The translations under genes and the position numbers were made by a program. Source: an uncultured beta proteobacterium (GTDB lineage Bacteria; Pseudomonadota; Gammaproteobacteria; Burkholderiales; Burkholderiaceae_C). From it: a DNA stretch of 62,892 nucleotides. The DNA is taken from the NCBI GenBank assembly GCA_903870065.1, contig CAIQBN010000397.1, positions 1 through 62,892 on the forward strand. The letters run 5' to 3'. Shown here in pieces: positions 9,687 through 20,151 of this stretch. Numbering within the stretch: the first letter of the stretch is position 1; each line of letters begins with the position of its first letter. Below the pieces are notes generated by a model. The model saw only the letters and a list, made by a program, of their open reading frames with translations. It did no database searches and was not told the DNA's origin.

Positions 9687-10511
9687 ATGACTGATTTGAC
9701 CGTACGCAAACTGCTGATCGACCTCACCACGCCATTCGCGCAACGGTGGAACGGCGGCGATGCATTTCGCTCAGCGTTTTTTAACGCCTTGTCCATGAGC
9801 TTTCCCATCGGTGAACAGTACTTCATCGACTCGGTCCGCGCCGGACTCAAGACATTGCCCAAAGACGAAAGTGCCCGCTTGGCCAATGAGGTTCGCGGTT
9901 TTGTTGGCCAGGAAGCGACCCATCGGCGCATCCACGGCCTATTCAACGGGCATTTGGAGAAACAGGGTTTTACCAATGAACTCGAGCGCCGCGCTGCTGT
10001 GCGCCTGCAACAAAACGCCCACCGCGACGTGCGCATCCATGTGGGCGCCACCGCAGCCACAGAGCACCTGACAGCCATTTTTGCCGACTGGATGCTGAGC
10101 CACCCGGCTGCTCTACAAGGTGCAGAGCCCAGGCTGCAAACGCTGTGGCTGTGGCACAGTGCAGAAGAATCCGAGCACCGCAGCACGGCGTTTGACATCT
10201 ACAAAGCCCTGCAAGGCTCTGAGCAGTGGCGCATCAAGATTTTCCGCTACATCACCTTTACCTTTCTGGCCGATGTCACGCGGCAGACGGTCCGCAATTT
10301 GTGGCACGACGGCAGTCTGTTTCAGTGGAACACATGGCGCAGTGCCTACCAACTGCTGCTCACCAAAGACGGTATGTTTCGCGGCAATTACCAGTTATGG
10401 CGCGACTACATGGCGCCAAATTTCCATCCCCGCCTGCAAGATGGCTCACGGTCCGAGCAATGGTTGAAGAACAACGCCGATCAATTCACACCAGTTGGCC
10501 AAACTGCTTAA
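9687..10511 (+). CDS. Predicted metal-dependent hydrolase (ferritin-like diiron fold)
   Basis: Motifs FPIGEQYF, GQEATH, EHLTA, WHSAEESEH; GGAGG RBS. Confidence 0.85.
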   Translation: MTDLTVRKLLIDLTTPFAQRWNGGDAFRSAFFNALSMSFPIGEQYFIDSVRAGLKTLPKDESARLANEVRGFVGQEATHRRIHGLFNGHLEKQGFTNELERRAAVRLQQNAHRDVRIHVGATAATEHLTAIFADWMLSHPAALQGAEPRLQTLWLWHSAEESEHRSTAFDIYKALQGSEQWRIKIFRYITFTFLADVTRQTVRNLWHDGSLFQWNTWRSAYQLLLTKDGMFRGNYQLWRDYMAPNFHPRLQDGSRSEQWLKNNADQFTPVGQTA

Positions 10512-10526
10512 TCGAGAAGCCCTCCC

Positions 10527-11147
10527 ATGCTGCCAAGCTTGATAACAATCGGCCTGCCGCTCGCGGCCCTGTACATCGTGTTTCTGATTTGGTACGGTGG
10601 CAACGGCAAGCCGATGACAGCGGATGAAATCAATGCGGGACTGCGGGAGTTGCTGGCCACCGACAACAGCGAGCACGGCAAGGCGGCGGTTGAAGATGTG
10701 CGTCAACTACTAGCCAGTGATGATGGCAAGGAATTCATCATGCAAAACCTGGTGCGCTACCGCCCCAAGGCACTCTACCCGCCAGGTTACCAATACAGCG
10801 ACGATCCGCGCGAAGCCGACAAGCGTTACGGCAAATCCATCGTCTGGCCCCTGCTGCGCAACGGCAATCTGCTGCTTTTCATCGCGCGGCGCAGCGGGAA
10901 TTTTTTCGTACCTGTTGGTGCCGACAACTGGCACTACGTGGCCATGGTGCGCTACCGCAGCCGTAGGGATTTTTTGAAATTTGCGTTTGACGCGAATCGG
11001 GCGGACAAGTTTGTGCACAAGTGGGCGGCCATCGAGAAGACGCATGTCTTCCCGGTAAAGCCCATCGTGAGTCTATTTGCAGTGCGTACGCTAATCGGCC
11101 TGCTCCTGTTCAGCTTGGGCAGCATTCTGGCGGCTTTTTTGACATGA
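10527..11147 (+). CDS. Hypothetical membrane protein with a DUF1330-like central domain
   Basis: TMs at both ends; motifs FIMQNLVRYR and AMVRYRSRRDF. Confidence 0.65.
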   Translation: MLPSLITIGLPLAALYIVFLIWYGGNGKPMTADEINAGLRELLATDNSEHGKAAVEDVRQLLASDDGKEFIMQNLVRYRPKALYPPGYQYSDDPREADKRYGKSIVWPLLRNGNLLLFIARRSGNFFVPVGADNWHYVAMVRYRSRRDFLKFAFDANRADKFVHKWAAIEKTHVFPVKPIVSLFAVRTLIGLLLFSLGSILAAFLT

Positions 11148-11201
11148 CCCTGTGCTCCGGTTTGATCACCAGCGCGCATATTCGGTAAAAAGCACGACAC
11201 C

Positions 11202-12866
11202 ATGAATTTGCAAAAGAAAATCGCACTATCGGGCTTGGTGCTCATTGCACTCCTGGCCATTGCATATGCCAACCGGTTGCACGTGTTCAAGTATTCGCTA
11301 GGCTGGTACACCGACTTGATGCATCCGCGCGGGCCCAATGTACCGGCGCCATGGATGGATGGCCCTAGTGTGGCCGAAAAGCCCATCAATGAACGCCAGC
11401 CCAATGTCATCATCATCCTGGCCGACGACCTCGGCATCAATGACGTGTCAACCCATGGTGGTGGCCATGCAGATGAAGGCGTTCCAACCCCGAATATTGA
11501 TTCGCTCGCCCGCGATGGCGTGCGGTTTGACCAAGGCTACGCGGGCGCAGCCGTGTGCACGGTATCACGCGCCGCACTCATGACTGGGCGCTACCCCTGG
11601 CGTTTTGGCGTTGAGTTCACTCCCACACCGGGCGCGATGGCCCGCGTGGCAGGTACTCTTTATGCCGACAGCGGCCGTTTGCACCCGGTCATTGTGGACA
11701 AGGAAAAAGCCGAAAAGTCCAAAGACTTTAACGATTTGGGGATGCCGGCATCCGAGGTGACAGTGGCGGAGGCACTCAAAGCCTCGGGTTATCACACCCT
11801 GCACATCGGCAAATGGCATCTGGGAAGCACACCCGCGATGCGTCCCAACAACCAGGGCTTTGACGAAACCCTGTTCATGGAAAGCGGCCTGCATTTGCCT
11901 GAGAACTCGCCCGATGTCATGAACTCTAAACAGGACTTCGACCCGATAGACAAGTTCTTGTGGCCCAACATGCGATTTGGCGCGAGTTACAACGGCGGCA
12001 AGTGGTTTGAGCCAGCCAAATACCTGGCCGACTATTACACCGACGAGGCAGTCGCTGCCATCAAAAAGAACCGTAACCGCCCTTTCTTCCTGTATCTGGC
12101 GCATTGGGGTGTCCACACACCGCTGCAGGCCAGCAAGGCCGACTACGATGCATTGAGCAACATCCCGGATCATCGGCGGCGCGTCTATATGGCCATGATC
12201 CGCTCGATTGACCGCAGCGTAGGCCGCGTACTGCAGACCCTCAAGGACGAAGGGCTGGATCAGAACACCATGGTGATATTTACCAGCGACAACGGTGCAC
12301 CCGGCTACATTGGCTTGCCGGATGTGAACAAACCTTACCGCGGCTGGAAACTGACCATGTTTGAAGGCGGTTTGCGGGTGCCCTATGTGGCCCGGTGGCC
12401 AGGACGCATTGCCCCGGGGACCCATTACCAGACACCGATTACCAACATCGACATCATGCCCACTGTCATAGCGGCGGCAGGTGGTTCGATGCCAAAGGAC
12501 CGCGCGATTGATGGCGTCAACCTGATGCAATATCTGGGAGCCAAACCAGCCAGTCAGCCAGAACGCAACTTATTCTGGCGTGACGGACCCTATCGGGCCA
12601 TGCGCGATGCCACCTGGAAGCTGATTGTTTCAGAGCGCCCCAAGAAGGAATGGCTCTTCAATCTTGCCAATGATCCGACTGAAAAGGTCAATTTGGCCAC
12701 AGAGCAGCCGCTGCGGCTTGCCCAAATGAAGGCTGTGTTGAACACCCACCACGCCAACATGCCACCGTCCATGTGGCCATCCTTCATTGAAATGGCCATT
12801 GAAATTGACAAACCCTTGAACCAAAAACATTTGCCGACCGATGAGTATGTTTACTGGTACAACTGA
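11202..12866 (+). CDS. Sulfatase (arylsulfatase A-like), exported or anchored
   Basis: Motifs PNVIIILADDLG, CTVSRAALMTGRY, GKWHLG, SDNG, EGGLRVP. Confidence 0.93.
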   Translation: MNLQKKIALSGLVLIALLAIAYANRLHVFKYSLGWYTDLMHPRGPNVPAPWMDGPSVAEKPINERQPNVIIILADDLGINDVSTHGGGHADEGVPTPNIDSLARDGVRFDQGYAGAAVCTVSRAALMTGRYPWRFGVEFTPTPGAMARVAGTLYADSGRLHPVIVDKEKAEKSKDFNDLGMPASEVTVAEALKASGYHTLHIGKWHLGSTPAMRPNNQGFDETLFMESGLHLPENSPDVMNSKQDFDPIDKFLWPNMRFGASYNGGKWFEPAKYLADYYTDEAVAAIKKNRNRPFFLYLAHWGVHTPLQASKADYDALSNIPDHRRRVYMAMIRSIDRSVGRVLQTLKDEGLDQNTMVIFTSDNGAPGYIGLPDVNKPYRGWKLTMFEGGLRVPYVARWPGRIAPGTHYQTPITNIDIMPTVIAAAGGSMPKDRAIDGVNLMQYLGAKPASQPERNLFWRDGPYRAMRDATWKLIVSERPKKEWLFNLANDPTEKVNLATEQPLRLAQMKAVLNTHHANMPPSMWPSFIEMAIEIDKPLNQKHLPTDEYVYWYN

Positions 12867-12910
12867 CCCTACACCCACTCGGTAAGGCGTTCCAACGCCT
12901 TTTGAACGCC

Positions 12911-14437
12911 ATGCAAGCACTTAGCCCCACGGACTCTGCATTTTTATGGATGGAAACCCGCAATCAACCGATGCATGTTGCGGGGTTAAACATTTACACA
13001 CCGCCGCCTGGCAGCGGGCCCGACTATGTCAGCAAATTGCTGGCGCAATGGTCCAAGCACCCCAAGGCGATTGCACCATTCAACCTCCGGCCGGTGTTGA
13101 AAATGGGCTTGTGGTACTGGGAAGAAGATGAAGAGTTTGAGCTGGACTACCATTTGCGCCACTTGGCACTGCCTCAGCCGGGTCGCATCCGGGAACTGCT
13201 GGCGATGGTTTCTCGGCTCCACGGAAACTTGCTGGATCGCAATCGCCCGTTGTGGGAGACTTATGTAATTGAGGGTTTGCCAGGTGGCCGATTTGCAACC
13301 TATGCCAAGATTCACCACGCACTGGTAGATGGTGTGACCGGGGCAAGAATGGCCGCAAATGCCATGTCCAGCGACCCGGCGCAACACAAGCCGCCGATGT
13401 GGGACCTGCCATTTGCGCACCATCCGGCGTCATCTGGCCGAAAAACAGCGCCCACCGGATTACTCCAGCAGCTGGGCAATGCGGCGAAAGCCGGAAAGGA
13501 AATACTGCCCGGCATTGGCAGTGGTTTGTGGGACATTGTGCGTGGAAGTTATGCGAAGGGTGCAACTGCCCTACCCTTTCAAGCACCGCCAACGCCGTTC
13601 AATGTGGAAATTTCGGGTTCGCGCCGGTTTGCATCACAGTCCTATTCCCTTGCCCGGCTCAAGCGCATAGGTGAAGCATCCGCTGCCACTGTCAATGATG
13701 TCACCCTGGCAATTTGTGCCGGCGCCTTGCGAGAGTATTTGATAGCCCAGAACGCGTTGCCAAAGAAGCCGCTCGTGGCCATGGTTCCGGTATCACTCCA
13801 CGGCGAAACGACGGCAGGGGGAAATCAGGTTTCGCTCTTATTGGCCAGTTTGGCAACCCATATTGCCGATCCGGTCAAACGACTCAAGCGCATCGTGGAA
13901 TCGACATCCGATGCCAAGGCACGGCTGACCAAAATGCCACGCCTGCAAAAAATGGCGCATGGAATTACCTCCATCTCGCCGTTCGGTGCTGGCATGGTCA
14001 CCGGCACGGCGCAAAATCACCCGCTATTCAATCTGGTCATTTCGAACGTACCGGGTCCGCGAGAGACGCTTTTTCTCAACGGGGCCCGCCTGGACGAATC
14101 CTATCCGGTGTCCATTCCAACCCACTACCTGGCACTCAATATCACGATTAGCGGCTACGCAGACCACCTCGGATTTGGATACATTGCCTGCCGAAGATCG
14201 GTTCCCGCCTTGCAGCGTATGCTGGACTACACCAACAACGCCATCAATGCGCTTGAGTCAGCGCTCGGAATTACGTCGGATCAAGGCTTAAAGCCGACGA
14301 AATCGCGCGACCGCGCCACCAAGGCCGGCAGCGCCGGCCTTGCCAAACCAACAAAGCCAACCGTGCGTAAAAGGCCTGCCACCGCCCGATTGCAGGATAC
14401 CGTTGACCAAGCCAACAACCCACCCGGCAAGGGCTGA
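12911..14437 (+). CDS. Wax ester synthase/diacylglycerol acyltransferase (WS/DGAT)
   Basis: Catalytic HHALVDG, plus PMHV, DRNRPLWE, NLVISNVPGP. Confidence 0.93.
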   Translation: MQALSPTDSAFLWMETRNQPMHVAGLNIYTPPPGSGPDYVSKLLAQWSKHPKAIAPFNLRPVLKMGLWYWEEDEEFELDYHLRHLALPQPGRIRELLAMVSRLHGNLLDRNRPLWETYVIEGLPGGRFATYAKIHHALVDGVTGARMAANAMSSDPAQHKPPMWDLPFAHHPASSGRKTAPTGLLQQLGNAAKAGKEILPGIGSGLWDIVRGSYAKGATALPFQAPPTPFNVEISGSRRFASQSYSLARLKRIGEASAATVNDVTLAICAGALREYLIAQNALPKKPLVAMVPVSLHGETTAGGNQVSLLLASLATHIADPVKRLKRIVESTSDAKARLTKMPRLQKMAHGITSISPFGAGMVTGTAQNHPLFNLVISNVPGPRETLFLNGARLDESYPVSIPTHYLALNITISGYADHLGFGYIACRRSVPALQRMLDYTNNAINALESALGITSDQGLKPTKSRDRATKAGSAGLAKPTKPTVRKRPATARLQDTVDQANNPPGKG

Positions 14438-14490
14438 GCAAGTAGCCTGGCCCATTGCGTATGATGTGCGCTCCTAAGGAGCAGCAGCCA

Positions 14491-16914
14491 ATGCATATCG
14501 CAATGAAAATTGTCGCAGTCACTTTGACCGCAGCCCTTGTGGCCGCAGGCGGCGCAGCGGCATGGCACATTCGAACCAAGTTGCCGGTGCGCGAGGGCAG
14601 CGTGACGCTCAAGCAACTCAAAGCACCCGTCACCGTCGCTTATGACGAAAGAGGTGTGCCGCACATTCGTGCTCAAAACGAAGACGACATGTATCGTGCA
14701 CTGGGATATGTGCATGCACAGGATCGGTTATTCCAGATGGAAATGGTGCGCCGTCTCGCCAGTGGAGAACTGGCCGAAATTCTGGGTCCGAAATTGCTGG
14801 AGACCGACAAGCTGTTTCGCACGTTGGGTATTCGGGCCCGGGCAGAACAGATCGCGGCCGCGCTCGATCCCGCCAAGCCGAGCAACGTAGCCTTGTTGTC
14901 CTATCTGGACGGCATCAATCAATACCAGGACACCCATGTTGCGCCCTTGGAATTTGACATTCTCAAGATCCCCAAGCGCCCCTTTACGGTGAAAGATACC
15001 TACGCGGTTTCAGGCTACCTGGCATACAGTTTTGCGGCCGCACTGCGTACCGACGCGCCAATGACCCACATTCGTGATCAATTAGGCCCTGACTACTTGC
15101 GGATTTTTGACCTTGAATGGCATCCTGAAGGTGTGATGGAGCCCACTGCATCATCGGCGCAAACACCCCGACCTGCGCTGGCGCTCAATTCAAAAGACTG
15201 GCAAGGCTTGGCCAAACTCGCAGAGTTGAGTCAAGGCGCATTGGAGGCAGCTGGTGTGCCGGTGTTTGAGGGCAGCAATGCCTGGGTTATTTCTGGCAAA
15301 CGCACGGCCAGCGGCAAACCCATGCTTGCGGGCGACCCCCACATTGCCTATTCAGCACCATCCGTGTGGTACGAGGCACACCTGACAGCACCCGGCTTTG
15401 ACCTGTATGGGCACTACCAATCACTGATTCCGATGGCGATGCTGGGGCACAACAGCCAATTTGGCTGGAGCGTGACCATGTTCGAGAATGACGACATCGA
15501 TCTAGTCGCGGAAAAAACCAATCCCGCCAATGCCAATCAGGTGTCCATCGGGGGGGCTTGGGTTAACCTGCAAACCCGCACTGAAACCATCAAAGTCAAA
15601 GACAGGGATGACGTAACACTGAGTTTGCGCCGCTCCCCGCATGGACCCATCATCACCGATGTGTTCAAGGACAGCTTGGGCAGCGCACCGGTTGCCATGT
15701 GGTGGGCTTTCCTGGAGACCGAAAATCCGATTTTGGAAGCGTTCTATGAGCTCAACCGCGCTGACACCCGAGAAAAAGCGCGATCGGCATCGGAAAAAAT
15801 TCACTCTCCTGGTCTTAATGTTCTCTGGGCCAATGCGGCGGGCGACATTGCCTGGTGGGCAGCCGCCAAGCTTCCAATCCGTCCGCCCGGCGTGAACTCG
15901 ACTTTCATTTTGGACGGCAGCACCGGCGAAGCCGAGAAAGCCGGCTTTTACAGCTTTAGCTTCAACCCGCAGGAAGAAAATCCCGCGCGCGGCTACATCG
16001 TATCGGCCAACAACCAACCCAAGCCGAGTAGTGGCGTTCCGGTGCCCGGCTACTACTGTCTGGCAGACCGGGTGCAAAGACTCGATGGCGCGTTGCGCGT
16101 CCCTAATCGCAAGTGGGACATTGCGGCATCGCAGGCACTGCAGCTTGATGGTGGTAGCCGCTATGGGCCCCGCATATTAAAGGATCTGATGCCCATCCTG
16201 AAAAGCGTCACCACCGATCCCTACGAAAAAGCGTTTCTTGAGCCGCTTGAACTATGGGACGGTGACTACAGCCGAGACAGCATGGCTGCGCTGCTTTTCA
16301 CACAGTTAATGTATGAGTTGACCCATGCGGCCATGGCCGACGAAATGGGCGAGGTGCAGTTCAAGAGTCTATTGAAGACGTTCGCAATTGACTCCGCATT
16401 ACCTTCACTGGTGACCGACGCCAATTCTCCCTGGTGGGACAACATCAATACCAAAAAGGTCGAAAACCGTTTTGAGACGACGCGCATCGCATGGGTCAAC
16501 ACACTGAAACATCTGGAGTCCATGTATGGCAAAGACCTGCTGCAGTGGCGCTGGGGCAATGCCCATACGCTGACGCACGTCCACCCACTGGGCTTGCAGA
16601 AACCTCTGGATTACATTTTTAACGTTGGTCCATTCAAAGTGGCTGGCGGTCGCGAAACACCGAACAACCTCAACATTCATATGGGACCGGGGCCATGGCC
16701 GGTGAAGTCCGGTCCGTCCACACGCAGGGTGATCGATTTTGCCCAACCGGACAAGTCGGTCGGCATTAACCCTGTAGGACAGAGCGGTGTTCTGTTTGAT
16801 ACCCATTATTCTGATCAGGCAGTCCTGTTTTCAGAAGGACTTTATGTGCAGCAGTACCTGAGTCCCGCCGACGTCAAGGAACACACCCGCAGCGTCTTGA
16901 AGCTACGCCCCTGA
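14491..16914 (+). CDS. Penicillin acylase family Ntn-hydrolase
   Basis: Motifs GVPHI, AQDRLFQM, autoproteolytic GSNAW, AGDPH; AAGGAG RBS before ATG 14491. Confidence 0.92.
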   Translation: MHIAMKIVAVTLTAALVAAGGAAAWHIRTKLPVREGSVTLKQLKAPVTVAYDERGVPHIRAQNEDDMYRALGYVHAQDRLFQMEMVRRLASGELAEILGPKLLETDKLFRTLGIRARAEQIAAALDPAKPSNVALLSYLDGINQYQDTHVAPLEFDILKIPKRPFTVKDTYAVSGYLAYSFAAALRTDAPMTHIRDQLGPDYLRIFDLEWHPEGVMEPTASSAQTPRPALALNSKDWQGLAKLAELSQGALEAAGVPVFEGSNAWVISGKRTASGKPMLAGDPHIAYSAPSVWYEAHLTAPGFDLYGHYQSLIPMAMLGHNSQFGWSVTMFENDDIDLVAEKTNPANANQVSIGGAWVNLQTRTETIKVKDRDDVTLSLRRSPHGPIITDVFKDSLGSAPVAMWWAFLETENPILEAFYELNRADTREKARSASEKIHSPGLNVLWANAAGDIAWWAAAKLPIRPPGVNSTFILDGSTGEAEKAGFYSFSFNPQEENPARGYIVSANNQPKPSSGVPVPGYYCLADRVQRLDGALRVPNRKWDIAASQALQLDGGSRYGPRILKDLMPILKSVTTDPYEKAFLEPLELWDGDYSRDSMAALLFTQLMYELTHAAMADEMGEVQFKSLLKTFAIDSALPSLVTDANSPWWDNINTKKVENRFETTRIAWVNTLKHLESMYGKDLLQWRWGNAHTLTHVHPLGLQKPLDYIFNVGPFKVAGGRETPNNLNIHMGPGPWPVKSGPSTRRVIDFAQPDKSVGINPVGQSGVLFDTHYSDQAVLFSEGLYVQQYLSPADVKEHTRSVLKLRP

Positions 16915-16932
16915 GTACCTGAACATTACCTT

Positions 16933-18024
16933 ATGCCATTTAAAACTGAACCACCCTACACGCATGGACAACCTGCACGCACGGCGGTTCTGCTGTGCAA
17001 CCTGGGAACGCCGGATGCACCCACTGCGCCAGCCGTTCGTCGGTACTTGGCGGAATTTTTAAGCGATCACCGGGTGGTGGAAATACCACGGGTGCTCTGG
17101 TGGTTGATTCTTCACGGCATTATTTTGCGCTTTCGCCCCGCCAAATCGGCCGCCAAATATGCAAGTGTCTGGACCTCTGAAGGCTCGCCGCTCAAAGTGT
17201 GGACCGAAAAACAAGCACGGCTGCTGCAAGGCTGGCTGGGTCAGCGAAACCACGGCGTCAAGGTCCGCTGGGCGATGCGTTATGGCAGTACCTCGATAGC
17301 CTCACAACTCGACGCTTTGAAGCTTGATGGTGTGACCCGCGTGCTGGTCGTGCCAGCCTACCCCCAATACAGCGCGACCACTACTGCCAGTGTGTTTGAC
17401 GCTGTTTATGCCTGGGCACAGCGCACACGTGCTTTGCCGGAGCTCCGATTTGTGAACCATTACCATGACGACGCGAACTACATTTCCGCGCTCGCTGCGA
17501 GCGTCCAACGCTATTGGAAGAGTCACGGCCGCCCCGATCAGCTGGTGATGAGTTTTCATGGCGTGCCAGCACGCACACTCGAGCTGGGTGACCCCTACCA
17601 CTGCGAATGTTTCAAGACAGCTCGTCTCTTGGCAGAACGCCTTGGGCTTGATCGGCAAGAATATAAAGTGACCTTCCAGTCACGGCTTGGGCGCGCCAAG
17701 TGGTTGGAGCCCTACACCGAGCCCACCCTGATTGCCATGGCCAAGGCAGGTGTCAAACGGGTTGATGTGGTGTGCCCGGGATTCACCAGCGATTGCCTGG
17801 AGACGCTGGAAGAAATCGACATGGAGGCGCGCGCTGCCTTTTTGCTGGCAGGCGGAAAGGACTTTCATTACATAGCGTGTCTCAATGACGACCCGGAGTG
17901 GATCACCGCACTGTGCAGCATCACTGAACGCCACTTGGGAGGATGGAATACACAACTGCCTCCCGATTCAAGCGCTCTGGAATCAAGTCGCACCCACGCG
18001 CTGGAACTGGGCGCAAAGCAATAG
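16933..18024 (+). CDS. hemH: Ferrochelatase
   Basis: Motifs [21 protein letters not shown]-x-G-x3-[12 protein letters not shown]. Confidence 0.97.
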   Translation: MPFKTEPPYTHGQPARTAVLLCNLGTPDAPTAPAVRRYLAEFLSDHRVVEIPRVLWWLILHGIILRFRPAKSAAKYASVWTSEGSPLKVWTEKQARLLQGWLGQRNHGVKVRWAMRYGSTSIASQLDALKLDGVTRVLVVPAYPQYSATTTASVFDAVYAWAQRTRALPELRFVNHYHDDANYISALAASVQRYWKSHGRPDQLVMSFHGVPARTLELGDPYHCECFKTARLLAERLGLDRQEYKVTFQSRLGRAKWLEPYTEPTLIAMAKAGVKRVDVVCPGFTSDCLETLEEIDMEARAAFLLAGGKDFHYIACLNDDPEWITALCSITERHLGGWNTQLPPDSSALESSRTHALELGAKQ

Positions 18025-18094
18025 TTCCCGGTCGTGCAGCGTTGGTTCTGCCGGTGAACGGTGATGCGTCACCGCTTTGAAATCTGCGTGTCTA

Positions 18095-19135
18095 TCACTC
18101 AAAAGTTTCAAATACACCATCGAGATGCTGCACGTACTTGTTGCGCAGAGCCCCATCAATAAAGCTGGCATCAAAACTATTGCGCGCAAGTTGGTAAGCG
18201 TGCTGCGCAGTCATACCCAATGCAGCAAAAGTCTGGACAAAATTTTCGTTGATGTAGCCGCCAAAGTAAGCGGGGTCATCGGAGTTGACTGTCGCCACGA
18301 TGCCGGCCTCCAGCATGCGTTTGAGGCTGTGCTGACCCAGGTGGGTGACCACGCACAGCTTCAGGTTACTGAGAGGACACACCGTGAGCGGGATACGGTC
18401 GTGTACGAGTCGCTGCATCAGTGCGGCGTCGCGAATCGCCTGAACACCATGGTCAATTCGTTCCACCTTCAATACATCAAGAGCGCTCCAAATATACGAC
18501 GCCGGAGCCTCTTCGCCTGCATGTGCAACCAGTCGGAAACCCAATTGCCGGGCGCGTGCAAAGACCTTGGCAAATTTCTCAGGCGGGTGTCCGACCTCGC
18601 TTGAGGCCAGACCAATGCCCACAATTTTTTCCCGCAAAGGCAAAACCTGCTCCAAGCACTCAAACGCTGCTTCTTCACTGAGATGGCGCAAAAAACACAG
18701 AATGAGCGACGCCGTCATGCCGTGGCGCGCAGGTGCTTCTTCGCAAGCGCGATACAAGCCTTTAACCACAGTCTCGGCGCTGGTCCCATGACCGGTATGC
18801 GTTTGCGTATCAAAGAAAATTTCAGCGTGCAATACGTTGTCTGCGCGCGCCCGCGCGAGATACGCATCGGTCATCGCAAAAAAGTCCTGCTCGGTCTTGA
18901 GCACCGTAGTACCCGCATGGTAGATGTCGAGAAAACTCTGCAAATTGTCAAACACATAGGCCTGCCGCAGAGCCTCAACGCTGGGAAATGCCAGCGGCAC
19001 GCGGTTGCACTGACCCATTGAAAAAATCATGTCCGGCTCCAGTGAACCTTCGACATGCATGTGCAACTCAGCCTTGGGCATGGCCCGCAGCAACGCGGGT
19101 AGACGATCGGCAGCAATTGGCTTTTTGTTGGTCAT
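18095..19135 (-). CDS. add: Adenosine/adenine deaminase family
   Basis: Motifs PKAELHMHVEG, AHAGE, RIDHG, CPLSN, NSDDP. Confidence 0.9.
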   Translation of the reverse strand: MTNKKPIAADRLPALLRAMPKAELHMHVEGSLEPDMIFSMGQCNRVPLAFPSVEALRQAYVFDNLQSFLDIYHAGTTVLKTEQDFFAMTDAYLARARADNVLHAEIFFDTQTHTGHGTSAETVVKGLYRACEEAPARHGMTASLILCFLRHLSEEAAFECLEQVLPLREKIVGIGLASSEVGHPPEKFAKVFARARQLGFRLVAHAGEEAPASYIWSALDVLKVERIDHGVQAIRDAALMQRLVHDRIPLTVCPLSNLKLCVVTHLGQHSLKRMLEAGIVATVNSDDPAYFGGYINENFVQTFAALGMTAQHAYQLARNSFDASFIDGALRNKYVQHLDGVFETFE

Positions 19136-19164
19136 GGTGTTGGTATCTCTCGTGACGACGCAGT

Positions 19165-20082
19165 CTAGTGCAAATGCTGCCTCAAAAAGGCGGTGACACG
19201 CGTTTTGGCATCTTCGCGCGCCTGCGGGTTGGGCGCAATGGTCACCCCCGCACCGGGTTTGACGCCATTGGGTACATCCGTGCGCAATCGACTACCGCGA
19301 AGTGCCGGATTGTCAAAATCGTGAAAAGTATTGGGATACGTCACGATTTGCATCGGTTCACCGCGCGCGGCAACGGTATGGGACAGTGCCTTGCATGGTT
19401 CGGCAGGTGTCCAGTCATCCGCTTCGCCGATGAGCAACAGCAGTGGCGCGGTCAGATGAAATCGCCCTGCATGCCGGTTGTGCGATGTGCAACCAGGGTA
19501 GAAAGCGACCGCCGCCTTGAAACCACCCAGTGTGTTCAGACTCAATTTTGGACTGCGACTCATTGCTTTGAGGGTCACCCCGCCCCCATGTGACCAGCCC
19601 ATCAAAGCGATGCGCTCGCCATCAACTGCGGGCAATTTCCGCAAATAATCCAACGCGGCATAGGCATCGCCAACACGGTCTGACTCCTTTAGAGTGCGTT
19701 GGTCGAACCGAACCGAGCACAGCGTCCGGATCCCGCGTGATTTGAAGCTGTCCAGAATCAAGACAACATAGCCCTGCGCAACCAAATAGTCGCTCCACAT
19801 CGTGTGCCGGGCATTGAGTTCGCCAGCCTTGGTATAGGCTCCACCGCATCCATGCAACAAAATCACAGCGGGCCACGGTCCGCTGCCCTGCGGGCTAAAG
19901 ACAAATCCCGCAAGAGGTTCTGGAGAGGTGGACAAATTGGCTGCTGGAATCAGCAATGCCTGCGGTTCGGCTGCCCACAGCGTCGTAGTCAACAGGCCGA
20001 ACGTCGCGGCGCTGGCAATCCAGCGGTTGACCACCCGAGCCGCTGCTCTGCATTGAACGTGGAGTACCGTTGTTTTCGTCAT
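19165..20082 (-). CDS. Dienelactone hydrolase family protein, exported
   Basis: Motifs HGCGG, GWSHGG, GEADDWTP, HDFD. Confidence 0.85.
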   Translation of the reverse strand: MTKTTVLHVQCRAAARVVNRWIASAATFGLLTTTLWAAEPQALLIPAANLSTSPEPLAGFVFSPQGSGPWPAVILLHGCGGAYTKAGELNARHTMWSDYLVAQGYVVLILDSFKSRGIRTLCSVRFDQRTLKESDRVGDAYAALDYLRKLPAVDGERIALMGWSHGGGVTLKAMSRSPKLSLNTLGGFKAAVAFYPGCTSHNRHAGRFHLTAPLLLLIGEADDWTPAEPCKALSHTVAARGEPMQIVTYPNTFHDFDNPALRGSRLRTDVPNGVKPGAGVTIAPNPQAREDAKTRVTAFLRQHLH

Positions 20083-20102
20083 ACGACGCTTCTCCAAAAT
20101 CG

Positions 20103-20126
20103 AAAAGGGCCGCTCAAGAGCGGCCC
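20103..20126 (-). terminator. Rho-independent terminator after the BMP gene
   Basis: Hairpin gggccgctc-aa-gagcggccc with a T-run on the minus strand. Confidence 0.65.
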
Positions 20127-20151
20127 CGACTAGCGATATCCGAGTTGCCGA

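Noticed and set aside
11565-12530. Long antisense ORFs (also 41956-43092, 44796-45689, 60648-61679)
   Set aside because: They fully overlap well-supported genes, have no motifs, and are expected in GC-rich DNA.
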